DNA of 64,000 nt from Hormiphora californensis. Lineage: Eukaryota; Animalia; Ctenophora. The stretch covers positions 2,914,001 through 2,978,000 of the forward strand of contig CM035352.1 in the NCBI GenBank assembly GCA_020137815.1, read 5' to 3'. Each line of letters starts with the position of its first letter. Position 1 is the stretch's first letter. The translations under genes and the position numbers were made by a program. This document shows, piece after piece, positions 31,635 through 41,362 of this stretch. The notes under the pieces were generated by a model. The model saw only the letters and a program-made list of their open reading frames with translations. It had not been told where the DNA came from and did not search any database.

Positions 31635-31821
31635 GTCGAGGCTCCAAACTGATGTGACAAAAACTGGAACAATTGGGAGAGGTCGATGTAGTTATCGACT
31701 CTACTATCAAAAAAATCCCACTTTAAAAAGTTGCACAGATCAATGAAATAATAAAATTCAATTCACTCGTCTGCGCGGCGTCAAATCCAGAACGGCGCGG
31801 CTCCCTTTTTGCAGCGTTTTA

Positions 31822-32126
31822 AAGTCCATTTTTATTCAACTGTTCACCCCTCAACTCGTGCGCGTGCGATATTTTAATTTAAAGTCCATTTTTATTCAAC
31901 TGTTCACCCTCCAACTCGTGCGCGTGCAATATTTTAATTTACGCTGCGCGCGCTACACGTTAACATGTGATAGACGCGCAAAACAATTCCGCGCACGACT
32001 TTGGGGGGTGAACAGTTGAAAAAAAATGGAGTATACGCTGCGCGCGCTACACGTTAACATGTGATAAACGCGCAAAACAATTCCGCGCACGACTTTGGGG
32101 GGTGAACAGTTGAAAAAAAATGGACA
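31822..32126. repeat. MITE-like element with tandemly duplicated inverted ends
   Basis: GTCCATTTTTATTCAACTGTTCACCC twice on the left, GGGTGAACAGTTGAAAAAAAATGGA twice on the right. Confidence 0.6.
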
Positions 32127-32899
32127 TTAGTTGTTTAGCGGCGCCATACCCCATTTGATTCTCAGTGCGCTCAGATGGGTCGCGGCGCCAGACAGTTTAG
32201 CCGCGGCCGCTCAATTGAGTCAGATGTGTGAGCTACCCGCCACCCGGACTGTCATGGTTCCAAATATCGATGCCCTGACTCTGATCATATTCTTGGGCAC
32301 GTCGCGCCCTCTTTTTTCGCGCGCGATTTTTCGCGAACCCCTCACACAGAGGGCACAGTCACGACTAGAGCACTCGGAAAGTGCTTAGCTTCGCTAAACG
32401 GCGCTAGTTAGCGCTTTAATTTTTAGTTTTTCTGATTGGCACTATCTCAAACTGGTGCAACGTATTTGTCTCGATCTATAACTCTCAAAAACAGTGGCGT
32501 AATCGCCGATTTCTGTATACAGTTTTTTGGCGATTACGAGAGATTGAGGGATCTGACAAACACAAAATTCTGGATTTATAAACTTCAGACAATTTGCCAC
32601 CTTCCTACCAAAGGATTTTGTCTGGGGACTTCTGGCCTTTGATTGACAGCCAATTAAAAATATTTGTCCTGAATTTAGTGGGGCTAGTGTGCTAAACCAT
32701 GGCCTCTATTGCAGTAATCTCTTGTGTGTGATTGGCTGATGATGGAGTGAGGTCACGGGGACCCTTTTAATTGTACAACGTGGAACCCACGTTTGCTTGC
32801 TGTGGTGAGTCGTTACTACACGTGATCAATTAAAGGACCAATATCTGTAGCTTATCGGCCGATATAGCCGATCCGATATCGGTCATGTGGGACGCCTGG

Positions 32900-33290
32900 C
32901 ACGTGATTCGAGACCAAGTGAGGCACCCCGTTCTGGCCTCGATTGGTTATTGATGCAGTCATATGGTGATCACGTGTCCCATGTTATGACCAATATGGTA
33001 ATAGGTGGTTCACGTGATACGTTTGTTCTACCGAGATTGGTTTGGACCAAGTGAGGTACCTGTTCTGGCCTTGGTTGGCTGTTGACTGCAGGCAGTGAAA
33101 TCATGGACCCATGTTATAACCAATATGGTCAATTTACAGACGCATGTTATGACCATATGGTCAATACGTGGTTCACGTGATGCGTTTGTTCTGCTGTGGT
33201 TGGTTCGGACCAAGTGAGGCACCCGTTCCGACCTCTGATTGGCTGTTGACTGCAGTCACGTGGTGATCAGGTGACTGATTTTATGACCAT
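32900..33290. repeat. Three degenerate 130-165-bp direct repeats rich in CACGTG/ATTGG, left of the viral genes
   Basis: GACCAAGTGAGG(C/T)ACC at ~32912, ~33045 and ~33208. Confidence 0.7.
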
Positions 33291-33310
33291 ATATGAGAGG
33301 GAGAGAGAGA

Positions 33311-33398
<88 letters not shown>

Positions 33399-33504
33399 CA
33401 GAGAGAGACTGCTCACGACAGTCAACCGGAGAATGCGCGTCTCATGGGAGAGAAAGTTAAAATAAAACAAATTTATTTACCATGAAATATTAAAATGAAT
33501 CATT

Positions 33505-33939
33505 CTACATCATTCTATATACATCGAATCGAATACAAGCGAGACATTCAACTTGCCAGGCTGTTGACGGACGGGAGTTTCTCGCAATTTCTATTAGATC
33601 ATCTCGCTCAATATCACTTTTGATTTTCCTTGTGTCCGCTGGCGTGATTATAAGTCGAGCCGTATCAAAAACCATCGTGTTGTTTGAAGGATGATAAAAC
33701 TTCATATTATCGGTGGGAAGATGTCGCATGATGTATCCAAAGGCTACATTGAGCTTCACATGTTGTTTGTAGTTAGATAGAACTTCGTCCAGCTTACCAG
33801 ATATTTTATCTGTCAAGGACAACGGGAAATGATACACATCTTTCAACTTTCCTCTCTTAACACTTTTTTGAATTGGTGACCAATGTTGACGATAGATCCC
33901 CTGAAATTCTTCAGGGATAGATTCAATAAACGATTCCAT
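33505..33939 (-). CDS. Stand-alone homolog of the N-terminal (terminal-protein-like) region of Polinton pPolB
   Basis: Motifs YRQHW..I, KLNVAFGYIM, FYHPSNN..FD, DDLIE.AR..RPST.W.V, F.VY match my recollection of the pPolB segment preceding the vOTU domain. Stop is followed by AATAAA. Confidence 0.65.
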   Translation of the reverse strand: MESFIESIPEEFQGIYRQHWSPIQKSVKRGKLKDVYHFPLSLTDKISGKLDEVLSNYKQHVKLNVAFGYIMRHLPTDNMKFYHPSNNTMVFDTARLIITPADTRKIKSDIERDDLIEIARNSRPSTAWQVECLACIRFDVYRMM

Positions 33940-34032
33940 TCTAAAATTGAGTTGAAAAACGTTAGTTACTGAAACTTTAATATTAGTACACAGTAAGACA
34001 CATCTGATTCAATAATAAGGTTACAAATCATA

Positions 34033-34434
34033 CTAGTTTAGTTTTCTCTTCTTTGCAGGTGATTTATTGTAGATTAATTTATCAACTTCCTCGTTTACAT
34101 ATCTTCCATAGTAAATAGCCTCTGGGGTCACAGTTAAGATGAAACTTCGCCCGCACGAAATGTAACACTGACGATCCTCCTCTGGTTTGTCTGACTGGGG
34201 AAGTTTCGGTTTAAGAGTCTCGTACTCTTTTGAAAGTGTTCTGAGAAGTTCCCCTTGAGCAGTGAAGAAATGTTTCCCCAATTTATCCAGCAGAGAGTCC
34301 TGTTGACACATGTGTAGAATTGGTGACTTCAAACCAGCTTTGTGAGCTGGGCATGTTTTCTCCGATATCCTACAGACTTTCCGAACCATGCTATCACATA
34401 GTGCTGCAGTCCAAACATTCTCAAAATACAACAT
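34033..34434 (-). CDS. Viral hypothetical protein with C-terminal NLS-like PAKKRKLN
   Basis: 133-aa ATG ORF divergent from the integrase, sharing a TA-rich promoter region. Confidence 0.6.
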   Translation of the reverse strand: MLYFENVWTAALCDSMVRKVCRISEKTCPAHKAGLKSPILHMCQQDSLLDKLGKHFFTAQGELLRTLSKEYETLKPKLPQSDKPEEDRQCYISCGRSFILTVTPEAIYYGRYVNEEVDKLIYNKSPAKKRKLN

Positions 34435-34570
34435 ATTACAACTGTGATATAACAGGTGAATTTCAACTCGATCTTCCTATATATATATATATATATATAC
34501 TATATATAAGAGGTACTAGGCAAGTTCTACCCCTCTTATCGACGTGTTTATTTGTTTCATCCGCACAAGT

Positions 34571-35666
34571 ATGCCACGGAAAAAGGTCCGCAAAAAGTCG
34601 CAACCGAAAGACGACATCCAGAAATTGTACACAAATCCTAAATCTTCAGGAGCGTTTGCAGGCAAAGAAACATTTTATCGATCAGCAAGAGAGCAAAATA
34701 AAAGGTTGAAGAGAACGAATGTGAACAAGGCTCTTCTGAAAAGTGACCCATATACTCTCCATAAGCCGGTTCGAAAGCCGCGTCGTTATAGACGTATCTA
34801 CACCAAGGGTATAAACTATCATTTTCAAGCTGATCTTGTGGATATGAGTGCATACTCCAAGGAAAATGACGGGTACAGGTGGATACTTAATGTGATCGAT
34901 ACATTTAGTAAGAAACTGTGGGCATTTAGACTGAAGAACAAAACTGGTAAAAGTGTTTATGACGCTCTTGAACCGCTTCTTACTAAACTAAGACCTCAAA
35001 AATTTGAGACGGACGGAGGGGGAGAATTTAAAAACAAAAGACTACTGGATCTATTGAGCAAGCTTCTCATTGACCACTATACTGTCTACTCTGATCAAAA
35101 GTGTGCCGTGGTAGAGCGTTTGAACAGAACTATGAAAACTCGAATTTTTCGAGCCTTCACAGCCCAGGGCACACATCGATGGATCGACATACTAGACAAG
35201 TTGGTTCAAGGGTACAATAATAGCCATCATCATTCTATAAAAATGAAGCCGAGTCAAGTTAACAAGAAGAATGAAAATGTTGTACGCAGAACGCTGTTCC
35301 CCACCCGAACCACCTCCCCGTCCGCCAAAGCTCAAAGTTGGTGATACTGTCCGCGTCTCGGGGATTAAAGACGTCTTTCAGAAAGGTTACGAACAAACAT
35401 GGAGTTTTGAAGTGTTCACTATCGACGAAGTCAGAAATACTAATCCCGTTACCTATCGATTGAAAGATTTCGCTGGTGAGCAACTCCAAGGGAGTTTTTA
35501 CGAATCACAAGTTCAGGAGGTCGATAAGACAAATGAAATTTTTGCTGTTGACAAAGTGTTGAAAACAAGGAAACTGAGAGGTCGAGTTCAATATTTTGTT
35601 AGCTTTAGAGGTTACCCTGAATCAGAGAACAGGTGGGTGAATAAATCTGACATGTATGATGTATAA
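34571..35666 (+). pseudogene. Retroviral-type (rve, DDE) integrase with C-terminal chromodomain, +1 frameshift near 35299-35302
   Basis: YTLHKP, QADLVDM, IDTFSK, TDGGGEF, VERLNRTMK, YNNSHH.SIKMKP. The second frame continues KLKVGDTVR..KGYEQTWS.E.F and a chromodomain (VDKVLKTRK..QYFVSFRGYPESENRWV). Confidence 0.9.
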
Positions 35667-35698
35667 AAGTATGTTTTACACTTCTCATTTGATTCAAA

Positions 35699-36301
35699 AT
35701 GTTGCTTTTTGCAAACTCTAATATCCTTGTTATTGGTGCTAGTGGGAGTGGGAAAACAACCACAATCATGAAAATTGTGAGGGAAGAACTTATTTCCCCG
35801 ATGCCAAAGAAAATATTCTACTTGTATGCCGCCCATCAACCATTCATGGATACGTGGAACCAAGAAAACAAACAAAAGGTTGAGTTTGTGTATGGGTTAA
35901 AGCTTGATGTGATAGACAAATACGAGGAACCCAAACTCTTGATTCTAGACGATCTAATGCTTGAACTCAACAAGGATATGGCTCAACATTTCATAGCAGG
36001 CTCGCACCACAAACAAACGACAACTATTTTTGTGACACACAGTGTGTTTCTAAACAACGAGAACTATCGTCTGATAAGTCAGAACGCACAATACATGATC
36101 CTGTTTAAAAATAAAAGGAATCTCTCTCAAGTTAATACGCTAGCACGTCAAATTCTTGGGTCAGATAGTAGTAGACTCATGGAAGCCTATAAATACATTG
36201 GACCGTTCCAGTCTGTATTACTTTCCTTCCACCCACGTGTTCCAGAAGATTTACTGGTTACAACAGATTTCTTTACACCATGTCCAAGCGTGTTCCTGTA
36301 A
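35699..36301 (+). CDS. A32/FtsK-like DNA packaging ATPase
   Basis: Walker A GASGSGKTT, Walker B LLILDD, GSHH..TTIFVTH, RLISQNAQY..LFKN.R. Confidence 0.92.
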   Translation: MLLFANSNILVIGASGSGKTTTIMKIVREELISPMPKKIFYLYAAHQPFMDTWNQENKQKVEFVYGLKLDVIDKYEEPKLLILDDLMLELNKDMAQHFIAGSHHKQTTTIFVTHSVFLNNENYRLISQNAQYMILFKNKRNLSQVNTLARQILGSDSSRLMEAYKYIGPFQSVLLSFHPRVPEDLLVTTDFFTPCPSVFL

Positions 36302-36591
36302 CACTGAAAGCACACCACGGTGCATTAAAGCTTCTTTCGAAAAAGAACACTGCCCAAATACGAATTATTTTGGATAACACACCGTCACTTCGTAAAGCAC
36401 TCAAAATACTATTCAAAAGTATTTTGAGGGGGCATCTAAGTATGGAGAAGCGAGATTTGACCAAACTAAAGAGACACCGTTCCTTTATCAGAAAACACGC
36501 TCACGCACCTATAAAAGTCAACCAGAAAGGTGGTTCGATAATTCGCACCATTCTGCAGACTATACTTCCTCTGTTACCCGCAGTCCTATGA
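36280..36591 (+). CDS. Basic Polinton core-like protein with QKGG protease site and hydrophobic tail
   Basis: Lys/Arg-rich, ends NQKGGSIIRTILQTILPLLPAVL; overlaps the ATPase end. Confidence 0.75.
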   Translation: MSKRVPVTLKAHHGALKLLSKKNTAQIRIILDNTPSLRKALKILFKSILRGHLSMEKRDLTKLKRHRSFIRKHAHAPIKVNQKGGSIIRTILQTILPLLPAVL

Positions 36592-36797
36592 GGTACCATT
36601 TGGTAGAAGCTAACGGGAGTGTAAAAAAGGCTCTCACGATTCCTGCTGAAATTATTCCTTTAAAAGGACTGAGTAGAAAGTACAAGGAACCTAAACCAAA
36701 GCGGAACAAGAAGAGACGTGTTACAAAACGTTTACACTCTGCTAAAGCACTTGTTAATGGACATCATCGTTACAAGCAAAAACCAAAGACCAAATAA
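36588..36797 (+). CDS. Small highly basic protein (possible DNA-binding core protein)
   Basis: ATGA start/stop overlap with the previous ORF; KPKRNKKRRVTKR. Confidence 0.5.
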   Translation: MRYHLVEANGSVKKALTIPAEIIPLKGLSRKYKEPKPKRNKKRRVTKRLHSAKALVNGHHRYKQKPKTK

Positions 36798-37461
36798 CTT
36801 TTCTTCCAACTTCATTGACTCGATAAGCTTAGCCGACAATTTTGAAATCGCTGTAAAGGGTATATTTCATGGTCCAACGTTCAACATTACCGAACTAAAC
36901 AACACGTTTCGGATTTTTGATGGAACTGACTGTATAGCACGGTTGGAAATATCACCTGGATTTTATGCAAACACATGTGATCTGATCAAGGCAATCAACA
37001 ACGTATGTTTGGTGAACGAAATCAATACGAGTTATAAGATAAACTCAGGAAAAGTAACCCTAAAATTGCCAAAGAGTCATGCAATTGGAACTGGAGGTAA
37101 ACAGGACACACTGTTGAGTGTTTTGGGATTCTGTGAACATGGAGTTGATTCCACCCCTACCTATATTGGTCAGTTGGCGGTTGACAGTTATAGCCTGACA
37201 AATCAAAGTGAAATCGCCTTACTGTATTCATCGATTGTTAATAACATGCAAATTAACCAACAACACTCTCGTTTATTAGCATGTTTCCCTATTAAATCTG
37301 TTGAGGGTTATAATTATCATGAAGTAACAAACCCCATGTATCGACCACTAGCTGTGCATGCCTTTATCGACCTACATTTTCTTTTGACTGATATTGAGGG
37401 AAAATTGCTTGAATTTGCTGATTTACCTACTGTTATCATTTTAAATATTCGAAAAGTTTAG
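36757..37461 (+). CDS. Minor capsid protein (penton, single jelly-roll)
   Basis: N..F...I.L...FEIAV, PGFY, LYSSIV...SRLL, NPMYRPL, LTDIEGKLLEF, IILNIRK pattern of Polinton mCP. Confidence 0.85.
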   Translation: MDIIVTSKNQRPNNFSSNFIDSISLADNFEIAVKGIFHGPTFNITELNNTFRIFDGTDCIARLEISPGFYANTCDLIKAINNVCLVNEINTSYKINSGKVTLKLPKSHAIGTGGKQDTLLSVLGFCEHGVDSTPTYIGQLAVDSYSLTNQSEIALLYSSIVNNMQINQQHSRLLACFPIKSVEGYNYHEVTNPMYRPLAVHAFIDLHFLLTDIEGKLLEFADLPTVIILNIRKV

Positions 37462-37522
37462 CCATGTGTCGTTGTCGTTTACTATAAATATAAATACACC
37501 CACCCCTTCAAACCATTCAACC

Positions 37523-37834
37523 ATGCGACAATCGTATTACCCATCTGCACAGGTCAGAGCCGCTTTCGATCGTGCTCTTGACAGTGACCTTGGTGTCTAT
37601 CACAATCAAACTGGTGGGGGTATTGGTGGTTTCTTTAAAAAGTTGCTTCGAACTGTAGTTCCTATTGGAAAATCAGTTCTCCAGAAAGGTTTTGAAATTG
37701 CGAAACCTGGACTCCAGAGCGCTGGGAATGAATTAGTCAATGCTGCTAGCAAATATGCAACTAAACAAATCGAAACTGGTGCTTCAAAACTTTCTAACAA
37801 GATCGTTAAGCGAAAAAGGGACGCTCTCTCGTAG
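37523..37834 (+). CDS. Core/membrane-lytic-like protein with QTGG site followed by an amphipathic helix
   Basis: HNQTGGGIGGFFKKLLRTVVPIGKSVL; basic C-terminus KRKRD; TATAAATA ~40 nt upstream. Confidence 0.75.
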   Translation: MRQSYYPSAQVRAAFDRALDSDLGVYHNQTGGGIGGFFKKLLRTVVPIGKSVLQKGFEIAKPGLQSAGNELVNAASKYATKQIETGASKLSNKIVKRKRDALS

Positions 37835-37873
37835 GGTATAAAAGGCGAAGTTTAAGGGTTCATTTACAACACC

Positions 37874-39163
37874 ATGGCCAAGTACGTCCAGTCATCTGAG
37901 GGCTTACCCACACAACTTCACTTGTGGAGTCCCCTACCAACACAAACCGGGATCCTTGCGACAAAACTGATCGATGTTTACCCCAACAACTCAATCGACA
38001 GCTCTGACACAATTTCATTTACTATCCCTGCTCTGGAGCAACTTATGTTGGACTCCGTGGAGGTCTTTACTGAACTGAGGGTACTTACAAATGAAGGAGG
38101 AAACCCGGCTGCTAAGGCAAACGTGTCGACTGCCCCTCATCTTGGTGCTATATTGTGGAGGAACGTTGAAGTCTCGTCTGGTGGTGTTTCTCTAACTCAA
38201 TCCTACGACAATTCCTACGCGATGTTTAAGTTCTGGGATGATGCAATTCACCATGGTAGGGATGAAGAAGCCTTTCTTATGCGTAAGGAAGGTATGCTCC
38301 TTGATAGTGTCGGTGATAAGTCTGAGAGTGAGAGTGTTGTATTTTTCCCCGAAACTGGTACCCCGAAAAATACAAACGGACAATTGCGAGCCAAGAGGAT
38401 TTCCAAGGGCGAAAAAGTGTTTCTTTGCTCTAAATTGAACGTATCAATCTTTAATCAAGCGACTTTACTTCCCACAAATTTGGAGTTTCAAGTCCAGCTC
38501 ACAAAGAACTACAGCGAAGCAATCCTTCTGTCAGCCGCAAATGATACTTCGCAGGTTAAGTTTGATAGGGTATTTTTGAGGTGTAAATTTCAACAGCCAA
38601 GGGACGAAATTCTGAATATGCTCGAAGTTAAACTCGCCAAACGGAATGCTATATACCATGCTGACAAAATGCTGATGAACATCCACCCCATTAGCACCAA
38701 ATCGGTCACAATTGACAATTTATTCAACGGACCACTTCCCTACTTTTTCTACGTTGGAATACAGGATCGTAGTGCGTTTGGAAAAGCACGAAACAAAAAT
38801 CCTTTTTCCATTCACTTGATAGAAAGTGCCCAACTTTATGTAAACGGGGTGGAGTATTATCCACAGAAGCTTAAAATGACTGACCATGATGAAACTAACA
38901 TGGCAGTAGCTCTTGCAGAAGCGACAGGGTCTCGTAAAGACAACTTCATACTGCATCATTTCCGTGTGTACCCTGCTCTCGGTTTTGATTTGACACAAGA
39001 TAAGTCCCAGAATCAACATGGTATGAACTTGAACAGGACTGGTAATGTGCGAATTGTACTGGAGCAATTAAATGATGTTCGATTGGAAAAGGTTCTTTTC
39101 ACCCTTGCCTACTACGACCGGATTATAGAAATCGATAAAGATCGACGGCTTTTCGCTATATAA
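37874..39163 (+). CDS. Major capsid protein (double jelly-roll, Polinton PY/hexon)
   Basis: 429 aa; L.LW...PTQT.I, ISFTIP, LLPTNLEFQVQLTKN, NLFNGPLP, NPF, FDLT.D, GNVRI, IIEIDKDR. Confidence 0.9.
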   Translation: MAKYVQSSEGLPTQLHLWSPLPTQTGILATKLIDVYPNNSIDSSDTISFTIPALEQLMLDSVEVFTELRVLTNEGGNPAAKANVSTAPHLGAILWRNVEVSSGGVSLTQSYDNSYAMFKFWDDAIHHGRDEEAFLMRKEGMLLDSVGDKSESESVVFFPETGTPKNTNGQLRAKRISKGEKVFLCSKLNVSIFNQATLLPTNLEFQVQLTKNYSEAILLSAANDTSQVKFDRVFLRCKFQQPRDEILNMLEVKLAKRNAIYHADKMLMNIHPISTKSVTIDNLFNGPLPYFFYVGIQDRSAFGKARNKNPFSIHLIESAQLYVNGVEYYPQKLKMTDHDETNMAVALAEATGSRKDNFILHHFRVYPALGFDLTQDKSQNQHGMNLNRTGNVRIVLEQLNDVRLEKVLFTLAYYDRIIEIDKDRRLFAI

Positions 39164-39192
39164 GCTTCTAAATCAATGGTTTTCCTCCGGAA

Positions 39193-39615
39193 ATGAAGCA
39201 ACTAAAAACAAAGTCGTTCAATGAAATTGAGACAGACCGATTTAAAGGAGCGTTTGCATATGATGAAATACCAGAAGATCTGTCTGATAGTCAATGGAGT
39301 TTTGTTGTCAATACAGCTCCGTCTACCGATGTTGGTGAACATTGGATTGCTGTTATTTTCAAGGAAGGGGTGACATATTTCATGGACAGTTATGGTCGGC
39401 AGCTGAGTCGTAGAGAAGTCACGTTTACGCCAGCATTTGTGGATAAATTGAAAAGTGTTGTACGGGGACGTATAGTTAGCAACAAGAAAATTTTGCAGCA
39501 GCTAACTAGCAATGCATGTGGTTATTACGCTGTGTATTTTGTAGAGAGATTGTCTGTAGAAAGTTTGAGACAAACACTACAACCGTTTACAGGAAATTTA
39601 AAGCAGTCAGAATGA
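39193..39615 (+). CDS. Adenain-like cysteine protease (C-terminus probably frameshifted)
   Basis: VNT....GEHW, FMDSYG, QQLTSNACGYY give the His/Asp/Gln/Cys catalytic set. Confidence 0.9.
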   Translation: MKQLKTKSFNEIETDRFKGAFAYDEIPEDLSDSQWSFVVNTAPSTDVGEHWIAVIFKEGVTYFMDSYGRQLSRREVTFTPAFVDKLKSVVRGRIVSNKKILQQLTSNACGYYAVYFVERLSVESLRQTLQPFTGNLKQSE

Positions 39616-39680
39616 ATGTTTTGTTTTACAATATTGCTTTTCATAAATTGAGTTGTTTATCTTTACTAACTATGTCCACA

Positions 39681-39995
39681 TTAGCCACCCAAATCACATT
39701 CAATGTCCGCTGGATCAAAACTTTTCACGCTAATCGGAGAGGGTGGACCATAAACTGGTTGAACGCGTCTCACTGGTAGATCGAATATGGGATACCCATC
39801 TTCAAACTTAACTTTACGCTTTCTCTTCTTCTCTTCCAACTCCATTGTATACATCTTTTGGTTTGCCTCCTCAACACGTTGTTTGGCTTCTTGTTTTTCT
39901 ATGTAGGCATCTGCATGGGGTATTCGAGGAGGAGAGAGATTTTCCCATGATTCTTCATCAAATTCTATGTTATGCGAAGACCAGCACAGACCCAT
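39681..39995 (-). CDS. Viral hypothetical protein with N-terminal MGLCWS acylation-like motif
   Basis: 104-aa ATG ORF, upstream TATATAAAT, coiled segment and KKRKRK. Confidence 0.6.
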   Translation of the reverse strand: MGLCWSSHNIEFDEESWENLSPPRIPHADAYIEKQEAKQRVEEANQKMYTMELEEKKRKRKVKFEDGYPIFDLPVRRVQPVYGPPSPISVKSFDPADIECDLGG

Positions 39996-40155
39996 GACAA
40001 ACTAAAACACACGGTTTTGAGAAATGAAACAAAATAGTAGACAATGATTTATATAGCACACAATTCACAGTCACACATATCATAATCATCATCCGCTAAC
40101 TCATTCGCATTTGTTTTAAAGACTATAACACGGATAGAAGCTAACGAAATAATGT

Positions 40156-40500
40156 TCATCGAAGGCTGCTCCGGTTGAATAAGTTGTAGAACGGAACTAC
40201 CGGTTGCTTCTGCAACTGTAAGAAACCTTTGATGTGTGCGTTTAAACCACGTCGCAAGGTTTCTTGATCCTCCCAGAAATAACTGAGTTCAATTCTGATT
40301 GGTTGATCATCAATATAACGCCTGTCAACCCCAGAAACAATGGGAGGGATCTGTTCTGGTAGTGTTACTGGAAAGCGAAAGCTGTCTACAGTTAGACCAA
40401 TCTGTACATCATAGCTTAGATTGTTTCCGTAGCTCTCAATTAATGAACCAATCATATCCAAAGTATCCTCGTAAAATACAGTATCCTCGATGGCAACCAT
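40156..40500 (-). CDS. Viral hypothetical protein
   Basis: 114-aa ATG ORF with TATAAAAG ~35-40 nt upstream. Confidence 0.6.
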   Translation of the reverse strand: MVAIEDTVFYEDTLDMIGSLIESYGNNLSYDVQIGLTVDSFRFPVTLPEQIPPIVSGVDRRYIDDQPIRIELSYFWEDQETLRRGLNAHIKGFLQLQKQPVVPFYNLFNRSSLR

Positions 40501-40752
40501 TTTAGAAATGCCAAAATAAAAGATCGCGAACTCTTTTATAGGGGGTGTCTACGTCCTTGCTGATTACTGCAGTGGGTTATTTGATTTGGAGACTTTTGGT
40601 GAGGTAGTGTAATCAAAGTGTGCTTCAAACACCTGGTTAATATGGTACAGTTTTGACAAAAAATTCGCGACTGGGGCGGAGATGTTCGAGCAAAATAGGC
40701 TAGTAAATTACGAGTCTCCATGTCGATTGGAAGAGAAATGTTTCATCAGACT

Positions 40753-41320
40753 TTATATAGCTGTCTCCCGCTGCTCTTCATTATGATGATCGTTAAGAAC
40801 AAGTCGATACTTGGTCTTTATGAACTCGAAAACAGTTGGGGCTTTAACTCCAGTGAACAGGCATAAGATGATTACGAATGGGATACAATAAAGAGCGTAC
40901 ATTACATTACATACATAAACTTGTTGGCGTGCCGTAACGTTTACAGCGATACACTTTTTCTTCCGTGCCCTCGTCCACAAAACCCCCCTTGAAAGATTTT
41001 ATCTGACAAGTAACTATTAGTGTGTTGAACTTTAGCTGTTGCACTGACCCTTTGCTATCTATCAGGTTCATACCAACCCCGTTAACTGTTTTTGAAGGCC
41101 ATTGAAATGTAGAAATTGGGCTAGTTGAAGCAGTAAAGACTTGTACATTTTGAGATGTGTTGTACACCACAAGTTTTATCAGCTCCCCCTCTTTTGTAAG
41201 AAACGCACGTTTGTTATGACCTCCGGATAAAGAGAGAAAATTCGTACAATTCGTGTCACTAAACTCGACCAAGAATGAGTTGGTGATGAAAACTGAGGTG
41301 AAAAAAGCCGTCAAATTCAT
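40753..41320 (-). pseudogene. Type I membrane glycoprotein-like gene split by a frameshift at ~40899-40913
   Basis: Hydrophobic N-terminus, NCT/NTS sequons; TM-like MYALYCIPFVIILCLFTGV in the next frame after an (ATGTA)3 run. Confidence 0.55.
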
Positions 41321-41362
41321 TTTCTCGATTTCTTTTAGTTTGCTTTATTTTCTCTTTATAGC

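Larger units (their letters stand above)
28323..31706. mobile_element. Palindromic element with TAG..CTA ends and 3-bp TSD (Academ-like), interrupted by nested insertions
   Basis: TAGTAGAGTCGATAAC...GTTATCGACTCTACTA flanked by TCA; right arm split at GTCGAGGC. Confidence 0.8.
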
